Below, one piece after another: positions 30,152-45,200 of a DNA stretch of 64,000 nucleotides. This DNA comes from the human T2T-CHM13v2.0 reference genome, Homo sapiens, in the NCBI RefSeq assembly GCF_009914755.1, contig NC_060942.1. One strand, 5' to 3'. Numbering within the stretch: the first letter of the stretch is position 1; each line of letters opens with the position of its first letter. The position numbers were made by a program, and so were the translations under genes. Below the pieces are notes generated by a model. The model did no database searches. It had not been told where the DNA came from and saw only the letters and a list, made by a program, of their open reading frames with translations.

Positions 30152-30862
30152 ATGGAAATTGAACAAATGTCAAATGTCTCCTTTGCAGATGACAAGATCC
30201 TGTATCTAGAAAACCCTATCATCTCAGCCCAAAAGCTTCTTAAGCTTATAAGCAACTTCAGCAAAGTCTCAGAATACAAAATCAAAGTGCAAAAATTGCA
30301 AGCATTCCAATACACTAACAATAGACGATCAAAGAACCAAAATATGAATGAACTCCTATTCACAATTGCTACAAAGGGAATAAAATGCCTAGGAATACAA
30401 CTAACAATGGAAGTGAAGGACCTGCTCAAGGAGAACTACAAACCACTGCTCAAGGAAATCAGAGAGAACACAAACAAATGGAAAAACATTTCATGCTCAT
30501 GGATAGGAATAATCAATATCATAAAAATGGGCATTCTACCCAAAGTAATTTATAGATTCAGTGCTATTCCCATTAAACTACCATTGACATTCTTTGCAGA
30601 ATTAGAAAAAAACTGCTTTAAAATTCATATGGAAAAAAAAAGAGCCCGTATAGCCAAGACAATCCTATACAAAAAAAATGAAGCTGAAGGCATCATGCTA
30701 CCTGACTTCAAACTATACTACAAGGCTACAATAGCCAAAACAGCATGGCACTTGTTGCAAAATACATATATAGACCAATGGAACACAATAGAGATATCAG
30801 AAAAAGAAATGCATATCTACAATCATCTGATATTTGACAAATCTGACAAAAACGAGCCATAG
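30152..30862 (+). pseudogene. L1 ORF2p remnant (C-terminal part of RT and downstream region)
   Basis: 236-aa frame with FADD (RT catalytic motif), [14 protein letters not shown] and [10 protein letters not shown]; upstream RT missing and frame broken downstream, so non-functional. Confidence 0.9.
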
Positions 30863-32135
30863 GGAAAGGATTCCCTATTTAATAAATGGTGCTGGGAAAA
30901 CTGGCTAGCCATATGCAGAAAAGTGAAAATGGGCCCTTTCCTTACACCTTATACAAACATTAACTCAAGATGGATTGAAGACTTACATGTGAAACCCAAA
31001 ATTATAAAAACCCAAGAAGAAAATCTAGGAAATACCATTCAGTATATTAGCATTGGCAAAGATTTCATGACAAAAACACCAAAAGTAATTGCAACAAAAG
31101 CAAAAATTGACTAATAGGGTCTGATAAACTGAAGAGCTTCTGCACAACAAAAGAAACTATCATCAGAGTGAATAGACATTCTACAGAATGGGAGAAAAGT
31201 TTTGCAACCTATCTGTCTGACAAAGGTCTAATATCCAGAATCTACAAGGAACTTAAACAAATTTACAAGAGAAAAAACAAACAACCCCATTAAAAAGAGG
31301 GCAAACGCTATGAGCAGACACTTCTCAAATGAAGACATTTATGTGGTCAACAAATATATTATAAAAAGCTCAATATCATTGATGATTAGAGAAATGTAAA
31401 TCAAAACCACAGTGAGATACTATCGCACGCCAGTCAGAATGGCAATTATTAAAAAGTAAAGAAATAACACATGCTGGCAAGGCTGTGGAGAAATAGAAAT
31501 GCTTTTATACTGTTGGTGGGAATGTAAATTAGTTCAACCATTGTGGAAGATAGTGTGGTGATTCCTAAAAGACCTAGAACCAGAAATAACATTTGACCCA
31601 GCAATCCCATTACTGGGTGTATACCCAAAGGAGTATAAATCATTCTATTATAAAGATACAAGCACACATATGTTCTTTGCAGCACTATTCACAATAGCAA
31701 AGACATGGACTCAACCCCACTGCCCATCCATGATAGACTGGAAAAAGAAAATGTGGTACATATACACAATAGAATACTATGGAGCCATAAAAAGGAATGA
31801 GATCATGTCCTTTGCAGAGACATGGATGGAGCTAGAAGCCATTATCCTCAGCAAACTAACACAGGAACAGATAACCAAACACCACATGCTCTCACTTGTA
31901 AGTGGAAGCTGAACACTGAGAACTCATGGACACTGGAAGGGGAACAATGCATACTGGGGCCTGTCAGGTGGCAGGAGAAGTGAGAGAATCAGGATAAATA
32001 GCTAATACCTAGGTCATGGGTTGATAAGGTGCAGCAAACCACCATGGCACATGTTTACCTATGTAACACATGGGCACGTCCCGCACACGTATCCCAGAAC
32101 TTAAAATAAAATAAAATTTAAAAAATAATTTAAAA
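30173..32135 (+). mobile_element. L1PA (older subfamily, about PA13-16) 3' 2 kb with A-rich tail
   Basis: Continuous ORF2 3' end and 3' UTR ending gtatcccagaacttaaaataaaataaaa. Confidence 0.9.
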
Positions 32136-32154
32136 ATTAGAAAAAAGTCATAAA

Positions 32155-32415
32155 AAATAAGTGGGAGCTAAAGAATGAATACATATAAACATAAAGTTGG
32201 AAATAATAGATATTGGGGAAGTGAAAAGGGGGGAGGCTAGGAAAGTGGTGAGGGTTACAAAAAATTACCTATTAGGTACAATGTTCACCATTTGGGTGAC
32301 GAGTACACAAGAAGCCTAAACCTCACCAATACACAATATATTCATGTAACAAACTTGCAGATGTACCTCCTGAACCTAAAATTGTAAATAAATACAAATT
32401 AAGAAAAAAATAATA
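32155..32415 (+). mobile_element. L1PB-like 3' end
   Basis: ataagtgggagcta...aaattacctatt.ggtacaatgttcac.atttgggtga...catgtaacaaacttgc..atgtacc.cctgaa. Confidence 0.85.
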
Positions 32416-33861
32416 AAAATGTCTGCATATGTAGATTGACTATCAGGTGAGTTTTCTGTGGCATGTATACTCTGTACAATCACTAAAACTGGATTTCTTT
32501 GAGTTATAGAATTATAAAACTTAAGACAAACCTTAAGAGACAAAGAAAACAGAGGGCGAGGTGACAAATCAGTAACCTGTCTGAGCCAACACTCAGTAAT
32601 CTGTCCTCCTCACTTCTGAGATCTCTCACTTGGAGTTCTCAAACCCCAAACAGAGAAGCGAGCTTTGCGGCTTAAGAGACTCTAATGAAATGGTGTTAGT
32701 CTGCAGCCCTCAGCTATGAGACTAACTTACAAAAGTTAGACAGTCACCAAAACTATTTTCACATGAGTTAAGCCATATTTTCAGAAATCTCGTGACTGTG
32801 AAGACCACAGAGCTTAAGTTTCAGAACACTCCAGTTTTACGTGCCCTTTCCAAGTCCCATGCATAGTTTTGTTTTTTAAAAATGTGAATAATTTTTCTTG
32901 AAGACACCACCAAAATTGTATCAGCTTTTGGCAGGACAAAACTTGGGTCCATCCAGGTGTCCTCTTCTTCAAAGCCAAGATAGTTGCTCAACAACAATCC
33001 TTGCCACCCATCCTCAATAAGTTCCCTCCACCACTTCTGCCAATTCACCTACGCAAGTGTCATGAACGATAGGCTGACATTCTGAACACTTAAGGTACAC
33101 AGTGTGCCAAATATGCTAGGATAAATATTTCACAGATTATATAGGGGCTCTTAAAATAAAACATGCCATCAAATTCCAGTGATAGGCAGAGTAATAGCTA
33201 TTTCACTGAAGTTGTGAGTGTTAAATGAGCTAATACATAAGTTGTATTTAAGATAGCAACCTGTTACATATTAAGCAATCAGTACCTGTTAGCTTTTTTT
33301 GGTGATTGTTTCTGCTATTCTTGCTATTTTCAGTCTCTCGGTATTTTTTTACAGGCAGACAAATTAGGTTTGATCAAGTAGTCTGAAGAAGGGGGAACAA
33401 AAAAAGAAAATAAATGCATTATACTGCAGTAAGCTGATGCTGTAGAAACCCAGGACAGGTGGCTTCTAATTCAGGAAAATAGAAGCAAATACATCAACTT
33501 TTAGAGGAAGCCAGGGATTGAATGCTTCATTTGGCTGGAGAAGTATGAAGCATAAAAGGAAGTAAAAGAAAGGTAAAAAATTAATTATAATCATAATGAC
33601 AAGAAATACTTCAAAACAAAATACGAATGAGAACTACATGTTAGCAAATATATGGGAAACAGAAGACAAATTTTAAAAAGTCGATTTACATTCAGGTTTT
33701 CAGCCTAGGTACCAAAAAAAAATTATTACTATTTTTTCTTTTTTTTCCCTTTTTTTAAAGGGCTGTAAAGAGATTAATGTATGACTATTTCACGCGTGCT
33801 TACTACCTACGAGGTGCTGTTACAGGCCATGTAATGCTACCTGGGAGTTGGGGGGAGTCAT

Positions 33862-34015
33862 TATCCATCCATCCACCCATCCATCCATCCATTCTACCTT
33901 CCTCCATTATTCCTCTTTTTCACAACATCTCTGCCTCCCTTCCTTCCCTCTCTTCCTCTCCTCCCTTCCTCTTTCCTTCCTCCTTTTCTTTTTTCCTTCC
34001 TTTCTTCTTTCCTAT
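33862..34015. repeat. (TCCA)n and CT-rich low-complexity tract
   Basis: Seen directly. Confidence 0.85.
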
Positions 34016-34304
34016 CCAGTGCTCATAACATGTCAAGCATATGTTCTAGCCATTGGGGACATTACGGTAAATAAAGCAAAGTCCCTTCTTGCATTCTGTG
34101 ACAGACTGAGATAAAATGGGTAATTAACAAATACAACCCCTCCCACACCCCCCTACACACATTATCTATTTCTACCATATCAGTTACTGCATCAATCAGG
34201 GTCCATTTAGGAGACAGAAACTATATAATAATTTTAACAGGGAAAGTTTAATACTAAGAATTATTAGGCACAACAGGGTATTGGCTACTAACGGGTAGAG
34301 AATC

Positions 34305-34625
34305 AGTCCAGGAGTGGCGGCTCACACCTGTAATCCCAGCACTCTAGGAGGATGAGGCAGGAGGATCGCTTGAGCCCAGGAGTTCAAGATCAGCTTGGAT
34401 AACATAGGGACACTCTGTCTCTATAAAAATAAAATAAAATAAAAAATAATAAAATAAAAAGTAGTCAGGCATGGTGGAGTACACTGGTGGGCCCAGCTAC
34501 TGAGCAGGCTGAGACAGGAGGATCGCTTGAGCTCAGGAGGTTGCGGCCTGTAGTGAGCTATAGTCTCACCACTGCACTCCAGCCTGGGTGACAGAGCGAG
34601 TCCCTGTCTTTAAAAAATAAATAAA
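34305..34625 (+). mobile_element. AluJ with expanded A-rich linker
   Basis: ggaggatcgcttgagcccaggagttc diagnostics; (aaaat)n linker. Confidence 0.92.
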
Positions 34626-34627
34626 GA

Positions 34628-34960
<333 letters not shown>

Positions 34961-36065
34961 TAAAGAGTAAAGAACTCTAAAGAATCCAGGAATAAAGATT
35001 TGGGAAAAGCCAGTACCATGAGGGCTGGGACAGTGGTCCTAGGGAAGGAACAAATCTCAGATCCCCGCTGGCCAGGACTGGGATCTGAACCAGGTCATCA
35101 CCCATTGGATGGCAGAGAGGTTCTCACTGAAGCCCCATGAAGGTGAGACTCACTGGGAATAAAACAGTGATTTTTGAAAGTCAAAATAGAGCACCCAGAG
35201 ATTACTTTTAGAGGGAAAATGAAGAATAGGTGATGATGGACTTATTAGGGAGGTACAAAGGCTGATGGAAGAGAGATGTGGAATTCTGGAGAACACTGGG
35301 CTAGAGATAGAGGTGGGATGTTACTGATGGGTAAAAATCAATCTGTCAAATTAGAGTAGAGGTAATTTCACTCATTAATGGAATATAAGAGAAATTCAAA
35401 TGAAAACCTAGAGAAACATATATGTTTTTGGATGCAAGAAAAAAGAACAGCAAGTGAAAGTGACCAAGAAATAGAAAGAAAAGAGGGAAAAGAAGTTACT
35501 GAAATGAGTTTAGAAAAATAATTCATTGAGACCGAAGAGAAGCCAAGGATAAGGACACTAAGAAAGAAACTTTGGATTTAGGGATGAGTCCAGCTGGGAA
35601 ATTTAAAAAAGCAATTTCTATACAGAGGTATGGGTGAAAGTTAATTGCTTAGAGAGTAAGGAAAGGCATAGGACATGTGGTAAGGAATTTTGGTAAAGAA
35701 ATGGAGATAAAACTATTACCCAGTCATAATTTTATTTAATCTCAAGGAAGTATATTGCAATAACTCTCTGAATTGTCTCGCATACCCCGAAATCTTCTCA
35801 TTTGAATTTGTTCTTAATACTTCATCTTATGAATCTTTCCAAAGTGAAGATCAAATAGTAACATTCCCTTGCTCAAAACATCAATAACTTCATTTTAATA
35901 TTTAAATTGTCCAATTATTTAGACTAGATCTCAAGGTCCTCTAACACTTAAACTAAATATTACTTTGTGTTTGTTCTCTGACTGCTCTGCAATTTATTTT
36001 CTATTATAACAAAATTATAAAATTCACTAATCTACAAGCATACCTGAACTTTCACGCCTCTATAC

Positions 36066-36280
36066 CAGGGTGTCCAACCTTTGGCTTCCTTGGGACACAC
36101 TGGAAGAAGAATCATCTTGGGCTACACATAAAATAACACCAATGACAGCTGATGGGCTTTTAAAAAAAATCTCAAAAAAAAGTCATAATGTTTTAAGAAA
36201 GTTTACAAATTCGCACTGGACCACATCCAAAGCCATCCTGGACCACACGCGGCCTGTGGGCCATGGTTTGGACAAGCTTG
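36066..36280 (+). mobile_element. MER30 hAT-Charlie MITE
   Basis: cagggtgtccaa...ttggacaagcttg termini; 8-bp TSD ctctata(c/t) at 36058-36065 and 36281-36288. Confidence 0.9.
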
Positions 36281-36402
36281 CTCTATATATGCATGATCTC
36301 CCTTACACTTTATTAAGAATGACTTCCATCTCAGTGTTCTGGGTCCTTACACAGACTTCCATCCCATCCCAAGCGCTTCTTTCTTTATCAAAATTTTCAT
36401 GA

Positions 36403-36568
36403 TTACTGTGGACGGAATTGTGCCTCCTCCATCCATCTTTGAAACCCTAATCCCTGATGTGACTGTATTTGGAGACAGGGTCTTTAGGATGTAATTGAGG
36501 TTACATAAGGTCATAAGGGTGGGGCCCTATTCCAATAGAACTGCTGGACTTTTAAAAAGAAACCTCTT

Positions 36569-36605
<37 letters not shown>

Positions 36606-36856
36606 TTCTGTTGCTTTCTGTCTCTCTCTCTCTCTCTCATTCTCTCTTCCTTTTCCTTGCTCAGCCAGAGGAAAGGCCATATGAGGAGAAAGTGGCCATC
36701 TATTATACAGGACAGGAGCCCTTGCCAGAAACCCAAACCTGCCAGAAAATTGATCTTGGACTTTCCAGCCCCTAGGACTGTGGAGTAAATAAATTTCTGT
36801 TGTTTAAGCCACTGGGTCTGTGGCATTTTGTATGGCAGCTGGAGCTGAATAATACG
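36403..36856 (+). mobile_element. MLT1A-like MaLR LTR with internal (CT)n
   Basis: gtgactgtatttggagacagggtcttta...ttgatcttggactttccagcc...aaataaatttctgttgtttaagcc. Confidence 0.85.
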
Positions 36857-37152
36857 AGGTTTTATCACTTGCTATTTTTTTCAACCATCTAAAGAATTCA
36901 TTTTTGCAAAACTAAATGATAATGATTATATTCTGAAGAGCATTATATCTATTTTGTAGCCAACTTATCGTAGATATTTGGATAAAATTCATGGAAAGGA
37001 AGAAATATAAAATTTATTTTTATATATCCTGTAAACAACTGGCCCATTACAGTATACCCTGCACATTCAACATATAATTATTATATTGAATTGAAATTGT
37101 AAAAATTCTAACAAACTCAGATTTATTAATAGATTTACCATACGCATGTGAG

Positions 37153-37156
<4 letters not shown>

Positions 37157-37185
<29 letters not shown>

Positions 37186-37220
37186 CTGTGTGTGAGAGAG
37201 AGAGAGAGAGAAAGAGAGAA
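37157..37220. repeat. (TG)n(GA)n microsatellite
   Basis: Seen directly. Confidence 0.97.
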
Positions 37221-37397
37221 TTGGCAAAGTAGTCTCCTCTTAGAAAAATTAAGAGTAAATACTCAAGCCTAACTTTCTGAAAGTCCTGTGTTTTAAACTT
37301 TTTTCACTGCATATCACAAACACATCTGAAAATTTGCATGACTTATTGGATATTAAAAATAAACTGCAAACTACCAGGCAATGTATATGTAAGTATG

Positions 37398-37862
37398 TGA
37401 TATAGTTTGTATACATGAATATAGTTTATATATGCAAATATACTTTGTGAATCCTCTCAAGGTTTGTATATTTGTTCCTGTTCAAATTTCATGTTGAATT
37501 GTAATTCTCAGTATTGAAGGTGGGGCCTGTTGGAGGTGATTGTATCATGGGGATGGACTTCTCATGAATGGTTTAGCATCATCTTCTTGGTGCTGTCCTC
37601 ATGATAGTGACTGAGTTCTCACAATATCTGGTCATTTAAAAGTATGCAGCAGCACCTCCCCCTTCACTCTCTCTCTTGTGCCTACACACCCTTTGCCTTC
37701 TGCCATAGTTGTAAGCTTCTTGAGCCCTCCTTAGAAACAGATACCCATATTATGCTTCCTGTACAGGCTGCAAACTGTGAGCCAATTAAACCTCTTTTCT
37801 TATAAATTGCCCAGTCTCAAGTATTTCTTTATATTATAGCAACACAAGGACAGCCTAACACA
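37398..37862 (+). mobile_element. MSTB-like MaLR LTR
   Basis: tgatatagtttg start, tcatgaatggtttagcatcatc, gccaattaaacctcttttcttataaatt, ctaacaca end; near-TSD gtatg/gtgtg. Confidence 0.85.
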
Positions 37863-38940
37863 GTGTGAAATTGGGAAGTCAATTTCTGGGCCACAGTTTG
37901 CAGATCCAAAAATGAAAGAGGTGGAATTTGATCTCTAATACTCTCAGTGATTCTCACCTATTTGTCAATACCTTTGAGATAAACAAATACATACCAGACA
38001 ATTTATGATGTTTACATTGTAGCTGTGTCTTCAAAGCTATGAGTTCATCAGTACAGTATGCAAGGGCACTTAATTTACTAATGTGGTGATTAAAGGTCAA
38101 AATTGTTTGTGACACTGTATATGATCAGACAAGAATTAAATATAAGAGTCACCAAAATATACTGATTACACTCCTGGTATTAGTTAATGCATTATATTGG
38201 GTGCTTTAACACAGTCTTATAATTTCACAGTGATCCAATTAGGTTGGTACTAGTACCCTACTTTGAGATATAAAGTTCAGAGCATTGTAGCTAAATTCCT
38301 CAAGAATATATATTTTATATATAACATATAATCATATATTGTATTATGTATTATATACTATATAATAACATATATTAATACAACCTAATCTAATATATAA
38401 TATGTATGTTGATATACAGGGTTAGTGAAGAAATTAGAACCCTAAAGTCTGTTGCTTTCAACATCCTATATTGACTAAACCTTCAAAATAGCATTTTTTA
38501 ATTCAAAAAAACAAAGAAACTAGGTAAAAATGTGTGTACGTATATAACTATGTAAGGTAATGGATACGTTAATAAACCTGAACTAGTCATTTCATAATCT
38601 ATACATACCTGTGTATCAAAACATTATGTTGCATGCTGCAAATATGTACATGTTTGTCAATTTACAAAAGTAAATAATGTCAAAAAAAGAAATTAGAGAA
38701 AAAAATCACTTGAAACCATAAGTTATTTGAAACAACAAGCTATTGTTATGTTTATAATGAAAAATATAAAAGAAAAATGCAATATTGTTTAAACTGTCTC
38801 TTGCTATTCTATGTATAAATGTCAATTATCTTACATTTAATTCTTTTCATTTTGATTTTTTAATACCTGTGATATATTTCCACACAAAGAATACACTGAA
38901 TTCCACATATGTTTAATTTAATCTTGAAATACGTTATATT

Positions 38941-39233
<293 letters not shown>

Positions 39234-42200
39234 TTATATTGAATTTCATTTGCTTCTAAGTAAAGCACAGTATAAACTTGGTTCACTGAATTATGAAATT
39301 CAATATTTTTTTCTTCAAGGTAATGGAAGATTTTTAAATAAATGACATTTTGTTCCACTACATTACATTTGGTGGTATGCCATAGATAAGTGTGGGGAAA
39401 AAAGCAAAACTTTAAAGCATTTACATTTTTTAAAAGCCTGCTGTGTAATCTTTGTAACCTTCAAGGTATTTTTTTTTTACTAAAATAAAAAAAATTCCTT
39501 AAGTTTGTACTGTGCATGTTAAGTTAGCTATTTTAAGATGATAAGCATTTCATATATTAGACATTTAGCACAGCTAAAAACCAACGCTTTAAAAAATGGA
39601 CTGAGGGGTTGCCTACCAATTAAAATGTATTATGCTAAAGTTAATGGCAAAAGTTGAGATGTAATTAGCTCAGAGCATAAAGCTGTGAGAGAAACCTGTC
39701 AATACACACCCCTTCATTCCTCCTACCTCCTCTCTAGTTTAAGCTGTGAATACTCACTCTTAACTCTTTTGCAACTTCCTACACTTTCCTACTTATTATG
39801 CGAGATCCACATCTGTTCAATTCCTCCATGTATCTTTCCAATCTCTCAATCACTTAATCATTTTTAAATTAATTACTCATTCTGACCAACTTCTCTTTGT
39901 GGGCTACCAGCCACTGGATGGAAAAGATCCCTTGCCTACAACACGTCATGTAAGTATATCCACAAAAGTAGACACATTTTTATGATTGCATGGAACTCTT
40001 ACAATTCTAACATTGCATACATATTACATTTATAAATCTAAATTTCATTCATCACACTCTCTAAAACCTTGGATGCAGAGATATATGCACAAGGATACAA
40101 TTCCAAGGACAGACAGACAACAGTTACTGTCTGTCACCATTGGACAGCTCTCCTTCTCAAGAGAGAGGAATTTCACTTCCCACCCACCTAGTCCAGACTT
40201 TCTTATCTCTTGTGCACATTTCTGCATTTTCTGCATTTCTCCATCTCCAAGCTCATCATCCTTCAGTTCATGCCAACACCACTGCCACAGCCTTCTTCCT
40301 AAAATACCTCTTTGCTTCTACGCTAATCTTCAGCACCAGAACTCCATGTTTTATCATTACCTATAGAATACAGTTCTAATTGCTACACTAGATGTTCACG
40401 GCTCTCCAATGATCAAGTCCAAAGTTGTTTGTTAAACTACTTCTGCTATTCTCTTAAAAGCAGTCTCCATACTTCTGAGCTGGTCTGTTTAGCAAACATT
40501 GAAACAACGTTATATATTTGTCCAGGCCCTCAAAATGTTAGGCTTAAATTATCTTTCTCCTCGTCTACACGTACCTTTCCTTCAAAGCTCAGACCAGTTC
40601 CCACATTGCCACGAAGGTTATGGCCGCACCTTTTAGTGATATCTTCCTGTTCAACTCCTATATACACTATTCTCTGCCTTGATCACTTCACTTTTGGTAA
40701 ATGCTGTCTCACAATGCTAATTTTTATGTATACGTATTTTCCCTTACTAACTATAAGCTTAGTGAGAGTAGAAACTATACTTAATAAATTTGTTTCAATT
40801 TTGATAGAAAAATTAAGATTATATGGCCATATTTGCAATCAAGGACCTTGAGGATTAGGTTCTAAATAATCAATCAATTAACAAACCAATATTTATGAGT
40901 GATTACTTTGTTTATGAAAGACACTAGATGGCAGGAATTTTAAAAATGAATAAGAAATAGCCTTTGTTCTATAGTCAAGGGAATAACAATGTATTCTTAA
41001 TAATATACATGAATATAAATTATTATACTTCAAAAATGCAACTTATTATAAGATGCTATAGAGAAAATTAATAATGTACCTTGTATTTCATGTTAACCTT
41101 CAGTTTACATATCAAAATGTCTTTCATTGGTAGATGTCTCCTTGAGATGTGAAGAATCTGGAACAACATTTACATAAAAAAGAACAGAAATTAGAAATCC
41201 TTCTGAGACATGTCTTGAATGAACCATCCACACAAACTGTTAGACACTGGCAGGTTCTTAAAACAATTTGAAATCCTGAATCCTGATGTTTTAGTCTTAG
41301 ATTTTATTTTACTTCATATAATACTATTAGGATCTATTCTCATAAATATTCCCAAGACCCCTGCTAATTGACAAGGTCCTGCAATTTGGGTGTAAAACCT
41401 CTATCCTTCCTCACCAGACTATGTAGATCAGGACAATTCTGGAATCCATGGAAAATAGGGGGTATGGAGAGAGGTTCAGTCCCGTTTCAATCCTTTCATG
41501 AAATTACTGTCCAAATGTACCCAATGGGACAGGGGCGGTAGAGGGTGGGAACACTGGTAGGGGAGGGTGGTAGGTGTCTTTGTCTAGTAAGGAAAATTTT
41601 GAAAATATGGGAGTTTGGAGTTATTGATCTTACTTGTGTCTGCCCACTTTCCTCATCTTATAATTGAGATTCTGATTCTTGGCCCACCAAAAGCCTTCAT
41701 ACCCTGGCCTCAGACACCCGGTAATGGTGTGCATGAATTGAAACTGTGGTCAGGTCTGCAGGGGTTTCCATCGAGCCCTGAGCCTGAGGCTCAAACATAA
41801 CTTATATTCAGCTGTGTGCATTATGGAACATTTTTGAAGCTGCCATAAAAGATTTCTGATTTTCCTCTTGTTGTTACATGATTTGGGAAATGTTAAAGTC
41901 TCAATTGTCCTTTTCTCAGTGTACTCTTTCTACGGCAATTAGAAGCAGCCAGCCACTTTACAACCATGATAACATCATCTTTACCATCACAAAAAAGCAC
42001 TCTGGCCACATTATCTCTTTCTGTGTTACCCTTCATTCCATGCCATCAACAGTGACAACTTAAGTAAATGTGACACTATCACAAGACACATGTTAACATT
42101 GTATCACTTTTCCTAGCAAGTTATTCACATGCTAATGTTATCAAATGTTTTCATAACCCAATTCCAGAATCCCACTTTGAGATTCCAGCCCTGCCCACTT

Positions 42201-45200
42201 ATGGCCACTCTTAATACTTATATTATTATTCAAGGTTCCCACAGAAAGTATATGTCAACACAAAATTAGTGATGAACAATAGTTTAGTGATTAACAATAG
42301 TGACTCTTAAAAGGGTTAAGAGAAACCAGTAAAATGAAGCAACCCAAGGTTAGAGTGTATGAGAATTTTTTCCCTAGGACTGAATGGGCAGCAGCTCCCA
42401 CAGTGTGAACCTGAGATCCTGCCTTCCACACCAAACCCTCAGCCTCCCTCTTGCCAGGGGATGCAGCAGGCTCTTCATCTATAGATCATTTGCAGACACT
42501 GAGCCCTGATGAGCAGGGTGTCTGAGCTGTGGGAATAAGCCAGGCCCCAAGAACAACTGTGATTTTTTTTTTAATGTGTTGACACTTCATACTTGTGCAG
42601 TACTGAAGAACAGATTCTGTTGCGCTGCCCCAGTGAGATAGTGAGCAATCCCCAGGCTTGCAAAAGAACTCCAGACTGACCTCGGGGATAGATACTTGGG
42701 AATTGAAAGAAGGCCAAGCCGTTAGGAGAGCATGGAGTGCCCTAACTACTGTTCTTCCTAACCCCCTGGCTCTCAGAACTACCCAATCCTTGCAGCCTCA
42801 AAGTTCGCCTTTTCATTTCAAGCGTAAGGCCATAAATGCCTGCGGCAATGGTGGGAGAAAGTAGTTGCTGATCAAAAAGAAAAGGCAGTTTCAAAGCCAA
42901 TTCATTTGAAGAAAGTACAATTCCCACCTTACACTTTGAACATTCACGGTCTCAGTATCTGCCTCTGGGCATAAGCTGATCCCCAGCTAGTCAGGAAAAT
43001 AACCTCACTGGGTTTGTAGAGACACAGTGTATATGCCTGTTTGAAGCCTTTTCCTCTTGGGTCCAATGGAGTTACTTGGTTGAGGTAGCAAATAATTCCC
43101 TCTTCTGGGTTTGTTCGTTTGTTTGTTTTTTCACTGAGAGTTCTTCCCTGACTTTGGACTTGGGAATGATTCTTATGCATACTTGAAGCTGTCTCCTTGC
43201 ACCTCACCTCAAAGCAACTCTCATGTCATTGGAAAAGAGATTTTCAAACCACAGATCAAAAATTACTTCTTAAGGTGGTGGTAATGGGTGCCAGGATGAA
43301 AAGGTACCTGCTGTGTATTTTGGGTCAGTGGTGTTGAAAACAGCCATTTTCTCGGCTTGCTGTAGAGAAATATGTGCTTGTGTCTTGTCTCTTGGGACCC
43401 TTGTTTTCTTCCCTGCCCCTGGGGATTGGCTTCAAGCTATTGACATCTGGCATTTGCAGATTTTGCAGTGTGGTTCTACTTCTTTTTTTCTGTAGGTTAT
43501 TTCTCCAGGAGCAAAGATACTAAATTCTAAACCTATGCACATATGAAGAAATGTGGCATATTACTGGTTTTTATTCTTGTCATTTATAGAACAAAATAGA
43601 AATGGAAAAAGGAAAAAAAGGACTCAACCTTTGAATTCACAGAGCAGGTTGGAGAAAGTTGGACAGTAACCATGCTGTGGCAAATGAGGAAAAAACACAT
43701 CAGAACTTCAAGTACACACAAAAAGCAACTCTAATGTCTCCTTCCATTACAACTTTCAATAGTTATTAAGCTATATAACAGTAGAATATATATATATATA
43801 TATTACCATAAATGATCACTCTTTTATCCAGTAAGTGAATAAAAGCATTGCTTTATGTAAAAGAAATCCCTGATGCCGGTAACTTTCATGCTTGAAGAGA
43901 AATCTCCAGGGTAAAGAGTAAGTTTCTAAATAATTAAGAAGCAATGAAATAAAATTGTATATAAGACTGCCTTCTACATTTAAGATTCATGTAATTTCTG
44001 AAGCAAAAGAATTTAGAGTTGTTTAATATGAACAACACCCCTGTGAGTCCATAAACCTTTGAGAGTAGATGATGGTAAGGCACTTGAAGTTATTATAGAG
44101 CCAGATACAAGTGGGTCAGCACTAGGGAGCTCACATGAGCAGGTCTGGGGTTAGAGCTGAGAAGCGTTAAGTGATGTAAACAGAAGAGTAAAAATCAGGG
44201 ACAACTCATTTACTAAGGACTGAACTAATTTCTGCCCTCCTTATCTTAGGTAGAGGATGCATACCCTAAATTCTTGAACTTTTGGATATTGTGTAATATA
44301 ATGATTGCCCTTAGGTGTGTTACAACAATGGGAATTGTAGATTCATTAATGCATATTTAGAGAATCAAGTTCAAAGAAAGTGGAATGGGCCATCAACAAT
44401 ACATCCTAACAGAGATGCTGGGAAAGACAGGCATTGATGTCACTACTCCTTAAAAAAATTAAAATTCTGAAACAAAAACAAAAGGGAAGAGGATTTGGAC
44501 CTCCATTTCCACAAATTAGTATGTGTTTTCTGACTATTTTTTATAATTTCATTTTCACAGTGGCTTATTTCCTAGAGCCTCTCGAGCCAGGCTATGTGGA
44601 TTTGGGTCTCAGCCCCACCATTGACCAATGGTATAAACATCAACAATTTCTTTAACATCTCTGTGTCTCAATTGGAGTTATAATCATGCCGCCTGAGAGT
44701 TTAACTCTGCAAACAATGTGGGTAGAAAACACTTCAGATAGAAGAGAAACAAGCATATAGTAAGTGTTTTATGTATTAGCAATTTTTACTATTACATGTA
44801 AATACAGTAGAATTAAAAAGCAAACAAGTATGCATCTGTCATTAAAGCTTATATGGGATGAAGCAATGTGAACAGAAGGAAAGAATGAAGCAATAATATA
44901 TACAAAGGCAATATTACAAAGTATTACAATATTTTAATATTTATAACTCTATACTAACTTCTATTGAAAGAAGTCAAAATTTATACATGACACAAAGAAC
45001 TAGGTAGAAATCGAAGGAAACAGTACATTTTTAAAGTTAATAACTAATAATAAATCTAGTTTCTATCTTGAATATTTAACATAAATTTAAAACATATAAT
45101 TAATGCTAATGACCAACAAAACTTACAGATATTAAGAAAAAGTAAAAGGAATAATGTATATTACCATAATTGATGATAGCCAGAAAAGGCTATATTTAGA

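Noticed and set aside
30152-30862. Longest ORF (236 aa) as an active reverse transcriptase gene
   Set aside because: Fragment of a decayed L1 ORF2: N-terminal RT motifs are missing and the downstream frame is broken.
32821-33048. 75-aa minus-strand ORF with GFEEEDTW, faintly chromodomain-like
   Set aside because: Non-ATG start, no other chromodomain residues in register and no convincing splice sites; probably chance.
39986-40851. 126-aa and 140-aa ORFs
   Set aside because: Non-ATG starts, no recognisable domain, low-complexity composition and partial overlap with L2-like relic sequence.
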